Below are positions 61,354 to 64,000 of a stretch of DNA of 64,000 nucleotides, piece by piece. Numbering within the stretch: position 1 is the first letter of the stretch; every line of letters begins with the position of its first letter. The position numbers and the translations under genes were made by a program. A model generated the notes under the pieces. The model did no database searches, was not told the origin of the DNA, and saw nothing but the letters and a program-made list of their open reading frames with translations. This DNA is from Penicillus capitatus (Eukaryota > Plantae > Chlorophyta), in contig OZ287695.1 in the NCBI GenBank assembly GCA_965649825.1, positions 973,081-1,037,080 of the forward strand, written 5' to 3'.

Positions 61354-63778
61354 ATGTCGACGGGCCCGAATCGACAGCAGACAAATCCACTACCTCTGGC
61401 GATCATCTTCGAAGGGCGGTCGCAGAAACTGACAACACTGCTGCACACAACGATCGCCATCTGGGTACGTCGATGCAGACGACACACAACCGTCTACGAA
61501 TCGTGTGTTTCTTCTGTAGCTGGTGGTGCTCGTCAACGACCGCAATGGCTACTTGTTTGCCCCTTTCAGATATGACCATTGGTCGTCCAAATTCGTGTTC
61601 TATCTCGCAGCTATGTTCGCTGCCATCTGTCAAGCAGCTCTGGCCATGGGAGTGCTCTCCCTGAATCTCAGACCCGTGACTCAAGAGAACTGGAGAAGAA
61701 GAATCTGTCAGTCCGGATTCGCTCTCTTTCTCATCGACATGATGGCTCTGGAATACATGGGATACGCTGTGGACGGCATTGTCAAAGGAGACGTATGCGC
61801 TTCGTTTACAAGCTCCAGTCTCGATGGCCATGTGTTGTAGGAAAAAGTGTCCTCTGTACCGGCCACAGCTTTTGTGTCGTTTGTCGGAACCGCACTGGCC
61901 ATTTCATTCAACATCATCTACATCAAGATGTTTGGATGCTGCACTTGCTGCTGCTGCCGTTGCTGCTGTTGTGGGACGAAGACCAGAGAACGCGTTCTGG
62001 CTTCAGCTGAACATTCTGAATGGACAGGGTTTGATCCCGATAGAAAGGGTGCGGTATATGACTTGCAGGTTGGCGTTTAGGTACAAGTCTTCTGTGGCGT
62101 ATAATCGGTCACATGGATTCCGGCAGCAAGAAGCATCCAGTTCTGCATCGACCGAATTCCGATCGCGCTTAAAGGTAGATGACGACATTGACGATCGATC
62201 GGGCACCTTGTACCTGGTTGCAGGAATATGGAGCGGAGAACATTGGAGTGGAGACTGAGAATGGAATGCACGGATTGCAAATCGAACTTGGCAATTCGAA
62301 CGTCCGGGCGCCAGTAGCCAGTGATCCTTCAACAGGGCGTCGAGATGAAACAGAGGAGGAAGACAGACCACCGCTCCCGTTGACAGCGCCATCTGTTGAC
62401 ACCATTCAAAGGGATTTGTATCAAACCTCCAATCCGTTCAAACTGGACCGCAGATGGAACACCATGCAGCTGGTGGAGCTCGGAACGAACAGGCTCGCCA
62501 ACCGGCGGCTACAGATACCGGAATCCAGTCAACACGACACCATCGTCGAAGAGGAAACCCAAGAGGTGACCCGATTTGCCTTCTGCTCCTGAACGCAAGT
62601 CTGCGCTTCTAGACATCGGAAACATTGCCGAGGCAGACGTCCGCTCGTTTGGACGGCCCGGATTCGGCAAATAAATCTCCGCGCAAGAATGCCCCGGGAA
62701 AGATCACCACCCTCCGTCGATATCTTGCTTCTCTCTGGGATGGGCTCCGCGAAGAACCCGGACGCTTTCGCTACGCTGTTTGGATCAAGGCTGCATTCCT
62801 GACCAGCGTCATCGTCCTGATCTACAAATGCATTCGCACGATATCCATCGTTTACCGTCTGGCCGATCGCTACGCAGAGAACCGAGAGAGGTTCACCAGC
62901 AACATCGATGCATTTGATCTGTTCTTGAAGAGCTCTGGGTGGTCGAACGGCATCGAGAGCATAGAGGAAACCACCGTCGTCAAGGTCTACCTCGTCCTGG
63001 ACGCACTGCTCGTCGACATGAAGATTTCGGCACTTGTTGGGTACTGTCTGGGAACTGCTGTTGGACTCTGGAGCCTTGCCGCCGTGCTGATGCAGTACAA
63101 ACACATGTCACTGTGCATCTCGGAAGGGCTGCGCGCCTTCCGCAGGGAAGACTCTGCACAACGGCACGGGATAAGTCCCTGGGCCTCGTTTCAGAAAAAG
63201 TACCCCATTATGGGCGCCTGCGTGTTTATGGCCATCCTCTCGAGCACGGCAGTCATTCAATTGCACATCGTTGGCGTTCTGTTCTCTATCCTGGTTGGAT
63301 TGATCATCAACTATTCGAAGATTGTGGTCTTGCTGGAACTGTTCGGACTCTACGTCCTTGCGTTGATTTTAGTGATCGTTATCGACATCGTGATCAAGCA
63401 GTTTCTCACGAAGTGGCTCATCTCGCCAGACGGTGCACGGATCAAACGTCCCCGCTGGTTTAATTTCTTCGTCCTCGTCCTCTCCATGGTGCGCTCTCTC
63501 CCTGACAGATCGCAAGAGTGTATATCCCACCTTGTGTGCAGGTCAATTTGGTCGTGGGCTTTTTATTGGCACTCTATAGACTGGTCTACCTGCTCATCAC
63601 AACTCTCGTCATTCTGAACCGACTGGACATCTGTCTGTTTACTGCTGGGAAAGCACTCGACAATGGACACAATGCTTTCATGTCCATGCTGGTGTTAACA
63701 GTGCTCGTGCAGGAAGATCGCGAAGCCTGTGCTGCCCAGTCACATCGTCGCTGTTCGGCTCAGCTGTCAAACATCTGA
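61354..63778 (+). CDS. Multi-pass membrane protein with a STRA6/RBP-receptor-like C-terminal region
   Basis: Exons join in frame from MSTGPNRQ through an N-terminal TM block, a poly-Cys tract, an acidic loop and the 330-aa TM frame. The final exon, NLVVGFLLALYRLVYLLITTLVILNRLDICLFTAGKALDNGHNAFMSML, resembles (from memory) STRA6 NVLVG...WRVLLS...QMDLSLL...LDPGY. Internal junctions are moderately certain. Confidence 0.65.
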
Positions 63779-64000
63779 ACGAAGGACGTTGAAAACGCAA
63801 CTCGCTGTTTCTTTCTGAACCAATAATGTTGCTGTTCTGTATGTGGTATTATACTGACAACTCCTGACGCAAAAAACGGCATCGCTGGGTTCTACTGTAA
63901 GATGCGTTCGTCGCATCTGATCTTGTCTTTGAACTCCAAGGTCTTCTTCCGGATCTCTCGAGCCTGGGCGATGCGGTGTCGTTCGGGGGTCACGTTCCTG

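Overview
Eukaryotic nuclear DNA with very short introns (about 46-60 nt). It is probably a green alga; this is inferred from the SPY gene, the intron style and the secreted gene families, and cannot be confirmed from the window. I assembled the genes by hand from exon fragments, because the supplied ORF track misses most of them. The window is dominated by eight minus-strand paralogues (C1-C8) of a secreted chymotrypsin-fold serine protease fused to a C-terminal ankyrin-repeat array. Each ankyrin repeat is its own phase-0 exon. Repeat number (4-8 internal repeats) and repeat sequence differ between paralogues, even between near-identical duplicates, and several paralogues are recombinant mosaics. 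The linker between protease and ankyrin domains contains in-frame stops in 7 of 8 copies, which can be bypassed only by particular splice choices. Interleaved with the array are two intact SPINDLY (SPY) O-fucosyltransferase genes, a truncated SPY copy and two SPY::unknown-gene chimeric ORFs, all head-to-head with a protease gene. The window also holds two small secreted Cys-rich peptides with conserved pre-pro and divergent mature regions, a secreted double PAN/apple protein, a large beta-helix multi-TM protein and a STRA6-like membrane protein. There is a recent 6.2-kb duplication (offset about 9.1 kb) and a 10-13-kb duplication (offset about 25.8 kb). GC-AG introns are unusually common. I recognised no rRNA, tRNA, CRISPR array or transposase.
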